DNA of 63,898 bases, counting the filler, from Corallochytrium limacisporum Hawaii (lineage: Eukaryota > Protista > Pluriformea): the NCBI GenBank assembly GCA_002811645.1. It is 5 parts of 5 records of this genome, joined end to end, with 100 filler letters (N's around TTAATTAATTAA, not from the genome) between each part and the next. Parts side by side here need not be neighbours in the genome. Positions count along the whole stretch, not along the records: positions 1 to 30,638 come from PDIP01000101.1; positions 30,739 to 40,555 come from PDIP01000154.1; 3 more parts are not named here. One strand, given 5' to 3'. The position numbers and the translations under genes were made by a program. Below are positions 25,915-37,409 of this stretch, piece after piece. Position 1 is the first letter of the stretch. Every line of letters starts with the position of its first letter. A model generated the notes under the pieces. The model had not been told where the DNA came from. It ran no database searches and was given only the letters and a program-made list of their open reading frames with translations.

Positions 25915-27630
25915 ATGTCAAATTACAGACCACCATTCTCAGGTGGTCAACCACAGCAGAACTATCCGCCCCGGACGGGGTCGAGCTCAGGACAGCGGGG
26001 CCCCGGACCACAGAGTGCTACTGCGGGCGCAGCAGCAGTATTCAGTGCAGGCCGACCAGGATCGCCTGGCATGCCCCCTCCCGGACTGGCAGGAGGTCGT
26101 GGTGTGAACGGATCGGTAGGCTATGGTGACGCAGCATTCTCACCTATGGCCGACGGTGGGGACGACGGAAGCGGCATGAGCTCCCTCGTGGGCAACCTGA
26201 AGTTTGGGGGTGGCAGTGCCGGTCCAAGCGGACGCTCATATGCACAGATGGCAGAAAGCAAGCGCATGGGAGAACAAGGCCATATGGAAGGTTTTATGAA
26301 CAGTGCTGCCAAGGACGAGTTTGCTATTTCCCAGGATGATTTCCCAGCCCTCGGAGGGGGACCATCAATGTACGGAGGTGGCCTCGACCAGAGCCACGGT
26401 GCTGAATCTTTCGGACATTTGGAAGGCAAGGCACAGCCTCGCGCTGCAAACATGGGTGGTGTGGGTCGGGACGGTCCGATTGGCGGTGCCAGTGCGCACC
26501 ACTCTGCACCGCACTTGCACTTCGGTCAGGCCGGGGACAGTGGACAGAATATTGACCCTGCCGCTGTTGGTGGTGGGGCACAGGGAGGAGCTGCCATGCA
26601 GGCCATGGGTGGAGGGTTCATTGGCTGGAATGCACCCCAACGACAGCAACAGTCATCTCCGGGACAGGGGGCACCGGGAGCTGGGCCGGGAGGGCAGAGT
26701 GGAGAGTACAGTGCTGTACCCCAGGCAGCAGGGGGACAGATGTCACAGCAGGGCGGAGGAGGGTATGGCCAACCAACTTCTGCGATCACCTCCGGAGGTG
26801 CAACTGGATTCGGCAGTGGTGGTCTGGCTGGTAACCTAAGCCATATGAATGGCGGCAACAGCGGCGACAGTCCTTCCTCTCCACCTGGCGGTGCTGGGCT
26901 GGGAGGCCTGGGCGCCGGTGCCATGAGCTCATCAATGGGTGGTCAGGGGCAGAAGAGCGGTGACTACCCGAGCAGCACAGCCACCGGCCTAACCGGCACA
27001 ACTGCTGCCATGCGCGGGGGTTTACAAGACGAAAGCGAGGAGAGTGCGGCGAAGCGATTCGGTCTGCTCGGCTTGTTGAGTGTAATCAAGATGACGGATG
27101 AGGACCTGAACATGCTCGCCCTCGGTTCCGACCTCACCACCATGGGTTTGAATCTAACCAGCTCTGAATGTCTGTACAATACGTTTGGCTCTCCTTATTC
27201 GGGATCGCTCCCTCGGCCCCGTGACCTTGAATTTGCACTGCCCTCTTGCTACGCTATTCGGGAACCCATCCCAAGCGCACTGGGCAAAATCAAGCTGTTT
27301 AGCGATGAGACGCTCTTTTACATCTTCTACTGCATGCCGCGTGACAAGCTACAGATTGTGGCCGCCCACGAATTGTACAATCGTGACTGGCGCTACCACA
27401 AGGAGAAGAAGCTCTGGTTCACCCGCGTGTCCGGGAGCGTCACCGAGACGACCGAGACTTATGAGAAAGGCACCTACATTTACTTTGATGTCAATCTCTG
27501 GCAAAAGGTGCAGAAGGATCTCGTCCTGATGTACGAGCATCTCGAGGAACTGAGTGGCATGCCCCCGCCACAGCAGGGTCAGGCCCAGCAGCAAGCTCAG
27601 CAGCCTGCTGCCGTTGGAGCTCGGAAATGA
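25915..27630 (+). CDS. NOT2: CCR4-NOT subunit NOT2
   Basis: Gly/Gln-rich disordered N-terminus with EFAISQDDFPAL; FGLLGLLSVIK, LALGSDLTTMGLNL, FSDETLFYIFY, ELYNRDWRYHK (NOT box). Confidence 0.95.
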   Translation: MSNYRPPFSGGQPQQNYPPRTGSSSGQRGPGPQSATAGAAAVFSAGRPGSPGMPPPGLAGGRGVNGSVGYGDAAFSPMADGGDDGSGMSSLVGNLKFGGGSAGPSGRSYAQMAESKRMGEQGHMEGFMNSAAKDEFAISQDDFPALGGGPSMYGGGLDQSHGAESFGHLEGKAQPRAANMGGVGRDGPIGGASAHHSAPHLHFGQAGDSGQNIDPAAVGGGAQGGAAMQAMGGGFIGWNAPQRQQQSSPGQGAPGAGPGGQSGEYSAVPQAAGGQMSQQGGGGYGQPTSAITSGGATGFGSGGLAGNLSHMNGGNSGDSPSSPPGGAGLGGLGAGAMSSSMGGQGQKSGDYPSSTATGLTGTTAAMRGGLQDESEESAAKRFGLLGLLSVIKMTDEDLNMLALGSDLTTMGLNLTSSECLYNTFGSPYSGSLPRPRDLEFALPSCYAIREPIPSALGKIKLFSDETLFYIFYCMPRDKLQIVAAHELYNRDWRYHKEKKLWFTRVSGSVTETTETYEKGTYIYFDVNLWQKVQKDLVLMYEHLEELSGMPPPQQGQAQQQAQQPAAVGARK

Positions 27631-27782
27631 ATGACAGAGTTTCAGTTTCTACTTCACTGTAACACCGCTTCTAAGAATAACATCTTGGGTTCCTCAGAGG
27701 AAGTCCTTATTGCATCAATACAAGATTTTTGCTGCTTTTCATACAACTACACGACGAGCACTGTGTTTTAATACTGCCAATT

Positions 27783-28937
27783 TTAGAATGTTTCGGCGGC
27801 GAAGAACTGGGTGTTCTCGGCCTGGAACTCATTGATCATGCTGTCAATCTTGTCCGACCAGCTCTTCAGGGGAGGTAAGAGTTCACCAATTTGACGACGG
27901 TCAGGAACACGGGGCAGAACATGGGTGCAGTGGATGACACCGTCGACCTCATCGATGGTACCAGTGATGAGCTCCAGGGACAGAGCGCGAAGCAGGAACA
28001 TCTCCACATCATCCTCGTGCACACGGCACGCCTTCGAGACTTCCACCAGAGGAATTGTGCGCTCGGTGGCAGGCCGTCCGCTTACCATATTGATTAGAGC
28101 CTGCATGCGCAACTTATGGTTCATCTCAGGCTCCTGGGCGCGCAGATCTGCACTTTTTGACCATTCCGGTCGCAATTGTTCGTACTTTTCCATGTCCCCA
28201 GCATTGAATGCTTCGAGGAGCTGAATCATCCACGCGTACTGTGTGTCCTTAAGTGAGTCCAGGATGGGATGTAGCAGTAGTTCGCCGAAACTGTGTACAT
28301 CGGTGGCCAGAATGGCTGCAGTAGCAATGTGAAACGCACGTGTCTGTCGCTCCGTAAGCTCGAGGTCCTCTGGCTTGATACATCCCAGGTACTTCAAGCT
28401 CATCTTATAGTATCCAGCAGAATCGTGCTCTTTGGCCTTGAGATCCGCAAACACTCGATAGAACTCTGCATTGATCGGGGCCGGTACAGAGGGCAGGGAA
28501 TCTAAATATGTCTCAATCTCCTCAAGCAACTTTCGGGCACCGGGGACGTCGTCGTGCAAGACCTTGCGCTCAGCAACGGCGATACGGCACCTTTCCTTGG
28601 CCAGAGGTTCCTGTACCCTGTCCTTTACCTCTTCGATGAACTTGACCGCCTGGTCGTAACCAGTCATTGTATGCTCTACTGCCACTGCCATTTCAACCAG
28701 ACAGAAAGGGTTAATCTTCTGATCTATTTCCCGAATGACTTCGTTGTACAGTCCCAACATGGCTTCCCCATTGGTGCGGAAGCTCTCCAATGCTACTAAT
28801 TCCTGAAGCTTCGCCGTCAGCTGGTGGATCAACCGCCTGCTTAACAGTGACTCAATATCTCCCCACAGGGCCGCATGAGCAGAGTCTGAAGTCTTCTGCT
28901 GAGCCACGTAGGCCGCTGCATCTGTTTGCGGTCTCAT
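27783..28937 (-). CDS. RPN9: 26S proteasome lid subunit Rpn9 (PSMD13)
   Basis: RRLIHQLT, YYKMSLKYLG, FGELLLHPIL, VEMFLLRALSLELITGTIDEV (PCI domain). Confidence 0.94.
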   Translation of the reverse strand: MRPQTDAAAYVAQQKTSDSAHAALWGDIESLLSRRLIHQLTAKLQELVALESFRTNGEAMLGLYNEVIREIDQKINPFCLVEMAVAVEHTMTGYDQAVKFIEEVKDRVQEPLAKERCRIAVAERKVLHDDVPGARKLLEEIETYLDSLPSVPAPINAEFYRVFADLKAKEHDSAGYYKMSLKYLGCIKPEDLELTERQTRAFHIATAAILATDVHSFGELLLHPILDSLKDTQYAWMIQLLEAFNAGDMEKYEQLRPEWSKSADLRAQEPEMNHKLRMQALINMVSGRPATERTIPLVEVSKACRVHEDDVEMFLLRALSLELITGTIDEVDGVIHCTHVLPRVPDRRQIGELLPPLKSWSDKIDSMINEFQAENTQFFAAETF

Positions 28938-30638
28938 TCTTCAGTGTGCTCTTGCCCAGATGCAAATCAAAAGTTTAGCTCTTGTCAACAATACAAGCGG
29001 GATTCCACAATCATATGGTTTTAGTACCTACTGCCAAATACAGATCTTACTCTCACTGTTCTATTCATTCCGATAAGAACTAGATGATCCCTTCTCTCTG
29101 GGTCCAACCATGAACTACTGCCATCCGTCCGGACCGGTCGACCGTCTTCCATGGCCCAGTCTCTGTGGTCCCGGCGCCCTACGGCTCCGCCACTTGCCCC
29201 TTTCCCCCCCTCCTTCCCTCTCCCGTGCTACCGTCTAGCCTGTGCCTTTACTTCCCCTTTCCCAAGTCTCGCCCCTCGAAGGTCTCCCAAGCGCGCCTCT
29301 GCGCTTCCCAGCGGCCCCCCCATTAAACTAAGAAGAAAGAAACAAAACACATGAAAAAGCCACAACAGTGGCAGGCAGGCCGGCGCGTTCCCCGTACTGA
29401 AAGCACCGGTCTCCCGCGCGCCCAAAAGGCGTCACCAGCCCTCCCCCTTTCATTCAGGGCCGAGGCAGAATACCCCACGGCGACCAACGGCGAAAGTACC
29501 GGAACAAAATCTCCCCTGTGTGCGCTCGTTCTGGGTGCGCGGTCCAAATCATTTTAATTAAGTAAATAGGGTATCAGTTTAGTATCTCAACGGGAAACAG
29601 AAAAAGTAGAAATCGCAAAAACAAAAAAAAAAGGACTGGAGCTGCCTTCCCTGGGGAGGTAGGGGGCGTGAATGTACCGGAGTCTCTCGACCGGGTTAAC
29701 CGGAGAAAATGGCTTGGGTTCGCTGGCTCTTCTCTCTGCCCGTCCGAACGCAGCGAGCGGAGCGCACTGACACCAGCCGCGCAAAAAGGCTGCGGTCATA
29801 ATAGGCCCCCGCTCAGGTTGCATTCCGTTCCTTACGGGCAGTTCAAGCCATCAGTATGTATGCAGAGGGCGTTCTGGTAATGGTGCTTACACGGCCATGC
29901 AAGTGAACGTCAGTATGTAATATGAAACCGATCCTCCTAGGACTTCCCTTGAGATGTCGAGAAAGGATAAGAGCCCCCCCCCCGGGGGGAGGGGGGATGA
30001 CGGATGTATATACTAAAACTATTAACGTGCAGGGACCATTCGTAATCGTCTGGACACGGCGGTGCATCCATGCACAGCGGTCGTCTTACGGTTGAAACAG
30101 TCACATCATCCCCTTTATCTCATTTCCAGTTCTGTACCAGTTCGTACGTTCCACCGATGAAGAACGACGAGGGTGATGGTTCGATTGCTGAGCGGATAAA
30201 CCGCTCAACCGCATCCACTGCTCGTCACAAACACCATCCTCAATCCCGTACGATACGACTCGCATCACACAGTCATGGGCAGCCATCATGCCCGCAGAAC
30301 ACACAGCCATGCAGACAAAACTGGTGCGCTCACCTCACGAGATCGCCGCCATACACAAAGGCGCTGCGCCGCATCTTCCAGGCCCCGGTGGAACCCCCCC
30401 CCTCCGGGAGGGGGGCAGCAAGCAGCCAAGTCACTTTTCCTTCTTGTCCGAGGTTCGTTCTGCGCTTCTTCGGAAGGCGATGCGAGGCGAACGGCTGCAA
30501 ATTGGTACTACCTGCTGGCTTGCTGCGAGCCGAATGACTCAACCCCGCACTCCGGCCGCCGTCCTTTTTTGTTTAGATCAGTACCACCCTCTGTCTGGTA
30601 TGTCAGGGTCAAAACTCCGAAAAACTTGACTCCCGAGG

Positions 30639-30738
30639 NNNNNNNNNNNNNNNNNNNNNNNNNNNNNNNNNNNNNNNNNNNNTTAATTAATTAANNNNNN
30701 NNNNNNNNNNNNNNNNNNNNNNNNNNNNNNNNNNNNNN
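30639..30738. other. Artificial contig linker N44-TTAATTAATTAA-N44 (same at 40556-40655, 53757-53856, 62725-62824)
   Basis: Identical 100-bp all-frame-stop spacer four times. Confidence 0.97.
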
Positions 30739-31358
30739 TCCCAAGCGACGGCAGAGCTAAATCAAAATGAGTAGATTTGATACAATATTCCCAGACAGAG
30801 GGTGGTACTATCGTATTTATTATGGCTCCTGTTTCTTTCCAAAGTTCGCTGACCGGCTACACGTTCTTACCGGTTCTACAAAGGTACGCTGACGATTGAC
30901 TCATTGACTCGCACTCAAGGGGGGGGGAATTGGGCCCAAGCTAAAAGCTTGTTCGGACAAACACTCTGTCTCTAATATTGTGGCTAGTGATTACCCGGAA
31001 AGTCAGCAAAGCCAATTGGCAGGGACATTTACGGGTCTCCAACACGCGTAGATTTCAAAACAAGATGAAAGTATGAGTTCAATCACCCCCATCACCATCA
31101 GCCAACCAAAGAGAGTAGGCATTCCCGGCAAGTGTTCGATGCGGATAAGGGCCACAGGAGTTTTCGCTTCAGCTACGCAGTTTGGTCGCACGTCTATGCT
31201 CATACAATCGACCATTTTCCCGTATTTAAAAAGTAAGCCTATGGTAAATCATGTAGATGCTCAGGAGCGTTCTCAGTGTTGCAGATGGAGTTATGAAACC
31301 TGTACCGCATGGAATGCAAAGAATGACGTTGCATTGGAACTGACACAGATATAAAGAA

Positions 31359-32399
31359 ATGATGGCCACCAACGATTGTGCATGGGCAACCACGGTCTTG
31401 GAGACGCTACCTACACTCCAGCATCGGGTCTTGAAGTATGATAATTATGTGAAATTAGCCGCTGTGGCATGTGTACTGCGTGCGGGTACCAACAATGGCA
31501 AGCCGACGACAGAGATCCTCTTCCTTAAACGCGCGGAACGACCGGGTGATAACTGGAGTGGACATGTATGCTTCCCTGGAGGCCACAAGGAGCCAGAGGA
31601 GACATTGAAGGAGGCAGCAGAACGGGAAACTTTGGAAGAAATTGGTCTGAACCTCAAAGATCCTGCCAAATTCAAGTACGTAGGACGGCTGGATGATCGC
31701 TTCGCGGGTGGGTCACGCAGACCCATGGCTATAGGCGCCTTTGTGTATTATCAGATCAGCAATAAGACACCAAGCATTCACCTTAGTCTGGATGAGATAG
31801 TTGCGTATCGTTGGGTACCTGTTGATGTCTTCCTGAGCACGAAAAATCAAGCCTTGGTGCAATTGTTCAGTGTCGATGCGCGTAGACGATTTAACAATAC
31901 GCTTGTGCACCGAATCCTTAAAATTCTGGGAGCCACGGAGATCGAGTTTCCCTACGTCCCATTGCCGCCGAGCGCAGACCACCATGCGGAGTCAATTGAA
32001 ATGACGGACAACAGCCATGGACCGGACAGTGACTATGAGTTTCGTTTGTGGGGTCTCACCTTCATGGTCCTCTCCGAATTCCTTCATAAGACCTCGGATA
32101 AGGACCCTATGGATAAACCACGCTTCCGGACAGCCTTTCCGATCATCGATGGTTTCATCAACATAATGTTAGACAAGGAGAAAGGCAGCGGCTGTACGTG
32201 GGACTGGCGGCAACGGTGTTTGCCATTATTGTGCTCACAGGCAGGTAGTATAGATAGTTGCTTTTGTTTTATCAATAGACGCATTTGTGCAGAAGTAGTG
32301 CTCTATGTCTACAAGTTGCTTAGATCCGATCGTCGTCATTACTGCCATCAATTTTCTTCGATCCAGTACCTGCTAAGGGAAGTGTCGTGTACAGGCTAG
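31359..32399 (+). CDS. Nudix hydrolase (CoA-pyrophosphatase/NUDT7-8-like); true end probably 32248
   Basis: KRAERPGDNWSGHVCFPGG + Nudix box GHKEPEETLKEAAERETLEEIG, LWGLT motif. A frameshift near 32170 is likely (see findings). Confidence 0.9.
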   Translation: MMATNDCAWATTVLETLPTLQHRVLKYDNYVKLAAVACVLRAGTNNGKPTTEILFLKRAERPGDNWSGHVCFPGGHKEPEETLKEAAERETLEEIGLNLKDPAKFKYVGRLDDRFAGGSRRPMAIGAFVYYQISNKTPSIHLSLDEIVAYRWVPVDVFLSTKNQALVQLFSVDARRRFNNTLVHRILKILGATEIEFPYVPLPPSADHHAESIEMTDNSHGPDSDYEFRLWGLTFMVLSEFLHKTSDKDPMDKPRFRTAFPIIDGFINIMLDKEKGSGCTWDWRQRCLPLLCSQAGSIDSCFCFINRRICAEVVLYVYKLLRSDRRHYCHQFSSIQYLLREVSCTG

Positions 32400-35300
32400 G
32401 TGCAAAGACAATATCTCGTTTGATCAAATTGGCTGCCTCTTCTGCGCGCTTATAGAGATCCGGTTCGCCAATCACGCGGGCAGCATTGCGCAGATCTCGG
32501 CATGTCTCGTTCAGACGCACAATTGTTCGAACTACGCTGCCTTCTTGAATGTCTGTAAGTTGCGTCAGTTCAGAGAACGGTACACCCTTGGCCCATTCGT
32601 ACACGACCTCCACCAACGACGCATTTATCACAGTCTTCACATAAGTATCCGAAGCCAGGGGGAGCCCGTAGTCATACTGCACCTCACCAACGCGTGTCGC
32701 CGTGCTCTGGATGGCCGCCAATTTAGTGTTCAGATGCTCGGGAACAACCAGAAGGCTCTGAGACTTGTTTTGATTCACAAAGCAACTCAACAATGCGACC
32801 ATGTCCTCGGGGGCCAGTTCGGCGAAGAGACCTTCGTAGATGAGTTCAGTGACCAGGACCTCATCACAGGTATTCATTTCACAGGCCACTCTTCCTTTCA
32901 TGGCCACGGTACCGCGTTCGTCAATGTAGCGCAGTCGACGGAGGACCGCCAGGCGGGCCTGGTAGTCCGGGAGCATAGTTAGGGCGTCATCAGAGAGGGC
33001 GTTGCGGCGGTGCTGGAGGGCGACATTGAGGTAGTACACACTGCTCGCGTACCGGTAGTGATCAATGAATTGTGGGCACAGTTCGGTGCAGGGTAAGGTC
33101 TTGGCCCGGGCCAGGGCCTCAGTGCGGTGCGTGAACTCTTGGACAACATCAAGGTCCTGAATCTTGTAGTCCGCAGAGGGGTTAACCTCGGCCTGGGGAT
33201 CTTCGGTAAAGCGTTGAAGAGCCTCGAGAACCTGTGCACGGGCAATGCGTTGTTGTTTGGAAAGCAAAGCGGCACAGTCTTCAGGGCTTTCGTTTGAAGA
33301 AAGTGACGGAGACTTCGCGGTATTCAGGATCTTTGCAGCTTCAACGGCAGCGACAATGTCGCCGTGCACACGGTCACCGGCCGCCAGGAACCCCACATCA
33401 GATATATCTATGGAGGACAAGGTAAGCTGTCCAGCGGAAACGCCGCCTACCACCATCCGTGGCTGCTGAAGGGGTAGTGCATAATCGTAGTTACCAGCGG
33501 TGGACACGGCAATACTGGGGTTGGCATCCGCTGGCGATGTTAGTCCGAGGATCATGTGAATATTGCCTCCATTGCGCAGGGTGTTGTGCTCGTCGTCCGT
33601 GATGTGCAAGAGGACGTCAAGCATTTGTCCTTGATTCTTTGTCGCAACCAGGCAACCGACGACATTTCGGTGGTCTTTCCCAGCTACAACGACAATGCGT
33701 CCAGTTGCCAAGATTTTCTGTCCTCCAGGCGATGTATGCAGCGTACGGTGCACAAAGGCTCCAGCTTGACGCGCGATACTTTCGTAGCTGACACAGCGCA
33801 TGATCTCGGAATCAGCAAAGTCTTCAACTCCGCCACGGCAGATAGGACAATCAAGCACGCCGAGGGAGCGAAGGTTGTGTTTGATGTGCTGGGCATCGGC
33901 CTCGGCCTCCGGTGTGGACTTCTGCAGCGCAGCTTCGGAAAAACTCCGGCGCATTACATCCTCAATACGCATCTCCTCTACCCGCAAGAGATTCAGGATC
34001 ATATTATAGGTCAGACGAAATTGGGATGTCAGTAGCGTCGGCTTCCCCATGAGCATTTGATAGAGGATGTTTGCTTCAGGGACCTCGTCTTTACAGATGA
34101 TCAACACAGTACCGAACGTATCGAGACCTCTCCGACCTGCTCGACCTGCCATTTGAATGTACTCAGATGGTAACAATTCGCGCATAGCAGTGCCGTCGTG
34201 TTTGCGGATCGCGTCGAAGCACACAGTCTTGGCGGGCATGTTCACCCCCATGGCGAATGTCTCCGTCGCAAAGAGCACTCGGATGATTCCCCGTCCAAAG
34301 AGTATCTCCACAATTTCCCGCAGAATAGGCAGCAAACCTGAGTGGTGGACCGCAATGCCACGAGAAAGCATGTCAAGCACGCTAAGGACCTGTGGAAGTT
34401 TGCGATCGCTCTCTTTCAGACGGCTCAAGCAGCGCGTGGCAAATCGGTGAATCTCGGCCTTTTCCGTGGCCGTGGTGAGATCGAGGGACGACAGGCCTCG
34501 CGCGTTCCCCTCCACCTTGCGTCGACTGAACGTGAAGATTACCATCGGTAACAATTCGCGTTTGCGCAGGCTCTCGATCAGGGAAGCATAGATCATGCGG
34601 TCAGTACGTGTATTGCCACCCATAGTCTTGCCACCTTTCGGTCCATACGTGTCCTTTCGCATGACCCTCTGCTGGCCACCTCGACCGCGCTGTTGGCTGG
34701 CCGCTGTTGCACCTTTGTCCTTTGATGACGTGATTTGTACCATAGGGTCCCGATTGACCGCGTCTTTGGCCTCCTTGTAACCATTCTCCAGGAACCGGCC
34801 CTGTGTGTCAACCAAAAGATAGAATGTATCTTTGGATTTGGGGTCGTTGCCTGCGTAGAGGTAGTGTGCGAGGGGTACGGGGCGCTTTAGAGTAGAAATG
34901 ACATGAACCTTTCGCTGTTTGGTACGGCCAATCCACTCCGCAAATTCTATCGTATTTGGCACTGTGGCACTAAGCAGGACAATATTAATATGCTGGGGCA
35001 GCATGATTATCACTTCCTCCCATACCACACCACGCTCTGGGTCGTTAATGTAGTGGACCTCGTCAAAAATAACCCACTCCACATCCCGGATCAGGTCAGC
35101 ACCGCGGTACAGCATGGACCGCAAAATCTCTGTCGTCATCACCAGACAACTTCCCTCTGCATTGATCTGCACATCACCAGTGAGAATACCGACTTCCTTC
35201 TCACCGAACGTCTGACGAAAGTCATGGAATTTTTGGTTAGACAGTGCCTTGATTGGTGAAGTGTAAATAGCACGTCTCAAGTGTTTTTGGCTCAACGCAA

Positions 35301-36783
35301 TTGCATACTCTGCAACCACTGTCTTGCCAGCGCTCGTATGAGCGGCAACGAAAACTGTCTCCCCCTCTTCCATGCGCAGCACAGCCTGCTTCTGGAAAGG
35401 GTCAAGTTTGAAAGGGAACCGGCGCGCAAGGACCGGCACTTTCTTTTCAAAGTCCTGGGGCTCGATTGTGGCATCGACAACAACTGAGTACTTGCGTTTG
35501 GATGTCGATGTCTTTAAATGTTTCGGACTACCGTCCAAAATCATCGCCTCCAGGACCTCATCTCCGATCTGCCCGTCGTCACGGTGCTCATGACGCTCTT
35601 CAGATACAGAGATCATCGGTCGCGCGTCCGGACCAAGTTCCCCAGCTGCTGCTTTTACCGTCGGGCTCAGTCCGATGCCTCCATCCTCAATGGCGTCCTC
35701 CGCGTCGAGTAGGTCCAGGTCATCCTCGTCAAAGTCAATATTGACATACTCTGCCTTCGGACGGCCAGATGTCGCCCGGTGGCTGTGTTCTATCGCACTT
35801 GTCTCAGCAGCCTCTACGGCTTTACGGCCCTCGGAGCCGCCATCAATAAAGGACATACCGTGGCTAAGTCCGGGTGGTACCATTTGCCTCTCTGAATGGT
35901 CCAGGTCCCGAAACGCTTTCGCCCGGTGCTCCAACGACGACCTCTCGTCTTTGGCCCGCTCTGGCAAGAAGGCCACCCCGTTGTCCAGTAATCCGTACCG
36001 CGATTGTTGCAATCGCTGTGTGCGTTTGGCATGCAGGTCACCCATACCTCCCGGCGTGAATGGCATACCACCTGGAACGCCCCGAACTAGGTCCCTGGGG
36101 TTCTTGAACGGTCGGTTTAACGATGTTGGGTTCTCGGACACTCCATCTTCGAGGTCTGCAAGGCTGCCCTCAACTGCCAGCGCTGGTAGATGTGGGCCAA
36201 ACCCTTGTGGCCCCACGTTGATCTCGTCCCGTTCGGGCAGGAAGCGAATGTATTCTTTGTTCAGACCGGTCTCAACACCACTACCCTCCTTGCTGTTGGG
36301 CCCGTGGTGGATGATCCCCAGAATCTCTCCTGTTTTTGGATTCCGGTCCAGTTCTGGTGGTGGCTTCGGTGCCAAATGTGGCGGCACCATCATGCCAAGC
36401 ATTACTTCTTTCTTGCGCAAATGGGCCGAGATCTCATGACTGGAGTCCCATTGCAGATCTAGTGGCTTCTGAAGGCGCCTAAAGTCTGTAAGGAAGTTGC
36501 GCTCGAGGGTATCTTCAATCGCTTCCTGGTTCCAGGACGGAATATCCGGTGGCATTGGCAGGATCTGGGCCATCTGTGATGTGGGTAAAGTGCGTTCAAC
36601 CATCTTGAGCTTTCCCTGACCCGCTAGCAATCGATAATCGGGAGTGAGAGTGAGCGATCCTGAAAAATTGGGGGTCGGATTCATAACTGGTACTGAATCG
36701 GGCCATTTTGATACCTCTGTCGGTGCCTGATCACTCTGATCAGACTGCATAGCCTGGAGGGCATTGTCTATTGCTGCCTCCAT
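32320..36783 (-). CDS. SKI2: SKI2 DExH-box RNA helicase (cytoplasmic exosome cofactor)
   Basis: AHTSAGKT, PIKALSNQK, DEVH, LSAT, FATETFAMGVNMPA, QMAGRAGRRG, DSHCT end IKRDIVFAPSLY. The N-terminal RG..GGMPFTPGG motif is typical of Ski2 rather than Mtr4. Confidence 0.96.
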   Translation of the reverse strand: MEAAIDNALQAMQSDQSDQAPTEVSKWPDSVPVMNPTPNFSGSLTLTPDYRLLAGQGKLKMVERTLPTSQMAQILPMPPDIPSWNQEAIEDTLERNFLTDFRRLQKPLDLQWDSSHEISAHLRKKEVMLGMMVPPHLAPKPPPELDRNPKTGEILGIIHHGPNSKEGSGVETGLNKEYIRFLPERDEINVGPQGFGPHLPALAVEGSLADLEDGVSENPTSLNRPFKNPRDLVRGVPGGMPFTPGGMGDLHAKRTQRLQQSRYGLLDNGVAFLPERAKDERSSLEHRAKAFRDLDHSERQMVPPGLSHGMSFIDGGSEGRKAVEAAETSAIEHSHRATSGRPKAEYVNIDFDEDDLDLLDAEDAIEDGGIGLSPTVKAAAGELGPDARPMISVSEERHEHRDDGQIGDEVLEAMILDGSPKHLKTSTSKRKYSVVVDATIEPQDFEKKVPVLARRFPFKLDPFQKQAVLRMEEGETVFVAAHTSAGKTVVAEYAIALSQKHLRRAIYTSPIKALSNQKFHDFRQTFGEKEVGILTGDVQINAEGSCLVMTTEILRSMLYRGADLIRDVEWVIFDEVHYINDPERGVVWEEVIIMLPQHINIVLLSATVPNTIEFAEWIGRTKQRKVHVISTLKRPVPLAHYLYAGNDPKSKDTFYLLVDTQGRFLENGYKEAKDAVNRDPMVQITSSKDKGATAASQQRGRGGQQRVMRKDTYGPKGGKTMGGNTRTDRMIYASLIESLRKRELLPMVIFTFSRRKVEGNARGLSSLDLTTATEKAEIHRFATRCLSRLKESDRKLPQVLSVLDMLSRGIAVHHSGLLPILREIVEILFGRGIIRVLFATETFAMGVNMPAKTVCFDAIRKHDGTAMRELLPSEYIQMAGRAGRRGLDTFGTVLIICKDEVPEANILYQMLMGKPTLLTSQFRLTYNMILNLLRVEEMRIEDVMRRSFSEAALQKSTPEAEADAQHIKHNLRSLGVLDCPICRGGVEDFADSEIMRCVSYESIARQAGAFVHRTLHTSPGGQKILATGRIVVVAGKDHRNVVGCLVATKNQGQMLDVLLHITDDEHNTLRNGGNIHMILGLTSPADANPSIAVSTAGNYDYALPLQQPRMVVGGVSAGQLTLSSIDISDVGFLAAGDRVHGDIVAAVEAAKILNTAKSPSLSSNESPEDCAALLSKQQRIARAQVLEALQRFTEDPQAEVNPSADYKIQDLDVVQEFTHRTEALARAKTLPCTELCPQFIDHYRYASSVYYLNVALQHRRNALSDDALTMLPDYQARLAVLRRLRYIDERGTVAMKGRVACEMNTCDEVLVTELIYEGLFAELAPEDMVALLSCFVNQNKSQSLLVVPEHLNTKLAAIQSTATRVGEVQYDYGLPLASDTYVKTVINASLVEVVYEWAKGVPFSELTQLTDIQEGSVVRTIVRLNETCRDLRNAARVIGEPDLYKRAEEAANLIKRDIVFAPSLYTTLPLAGTGSKKIDGSNDDDRI

Positions 36784-37409
36784 TAAAACAGTTTTCGGGG
36801 CAGTATGATACGGTGTGTCACATTAAGGTATCCCATACATGTTGTTTTCTGTTCGGATGTGACTATGTCGACTTTGGTTGTGCTGTCGATTCCTTACAAT
36901 AAATCATGTCGTTGGACTTACAAATCGGACGCTCTTGATCTAACTGTCCGTGTGCCACTCAATTCTAGTTTTACATCATACACCTTGGTCCTCAAGTTGG
37001 TGAGAGGCTGCAGCCATGAGCCCCCCATACACGCGGGAGGTTTCTGGGTGATCGGGCGGGGCCCAATTTACCACACGAGCGGCCAAAATATTTCGTGGGC
37101 TGCGACCGTCCGATGTGGCAACAGGCGTCAATGCACCAGAGTCCGTTTTCGATTCGATCGCTCTCTTTGGAAATTAGTGTTCAACATTTTATTTTGAAAT
37201 ATGTAAAGGGGAAGTACACAAAGTAGGACAGTGTGTTGAGTTGGAAAGACATTACTAGCCCCTCTGGGTTCAACCCTGAACCGTTGCGGATGGTCTGCAG
37301 TATAGATGGCGACCCTTTCATGTTTCTACCCAAGACCCACTGCAAGCAGACAGGTCATCCTAGATCAAACCGAATCCCCTATCAAGAGAACTATTATGGT
37401 CTCTGTCTC

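Noticed and set aside
30683-30694. TTAATTAATTAA palindrome recurring four times
   Set aside because: Always centred in N44 flanks: a synthetic stop linker.
35675-36439. Long antisense ORFs over SKI2 (and similar ones over S53, NOT2, FluG)
   Set aside because: Shadow ORFs caused by codon bias of the real gene.
25915-36783. mRNA-decay gene cluster (NOT2, Nudix, SKI2)
   Set aside because: NOT2 is on a different contig, and the Nudix is CoA-type rather than a decapping enzyme.
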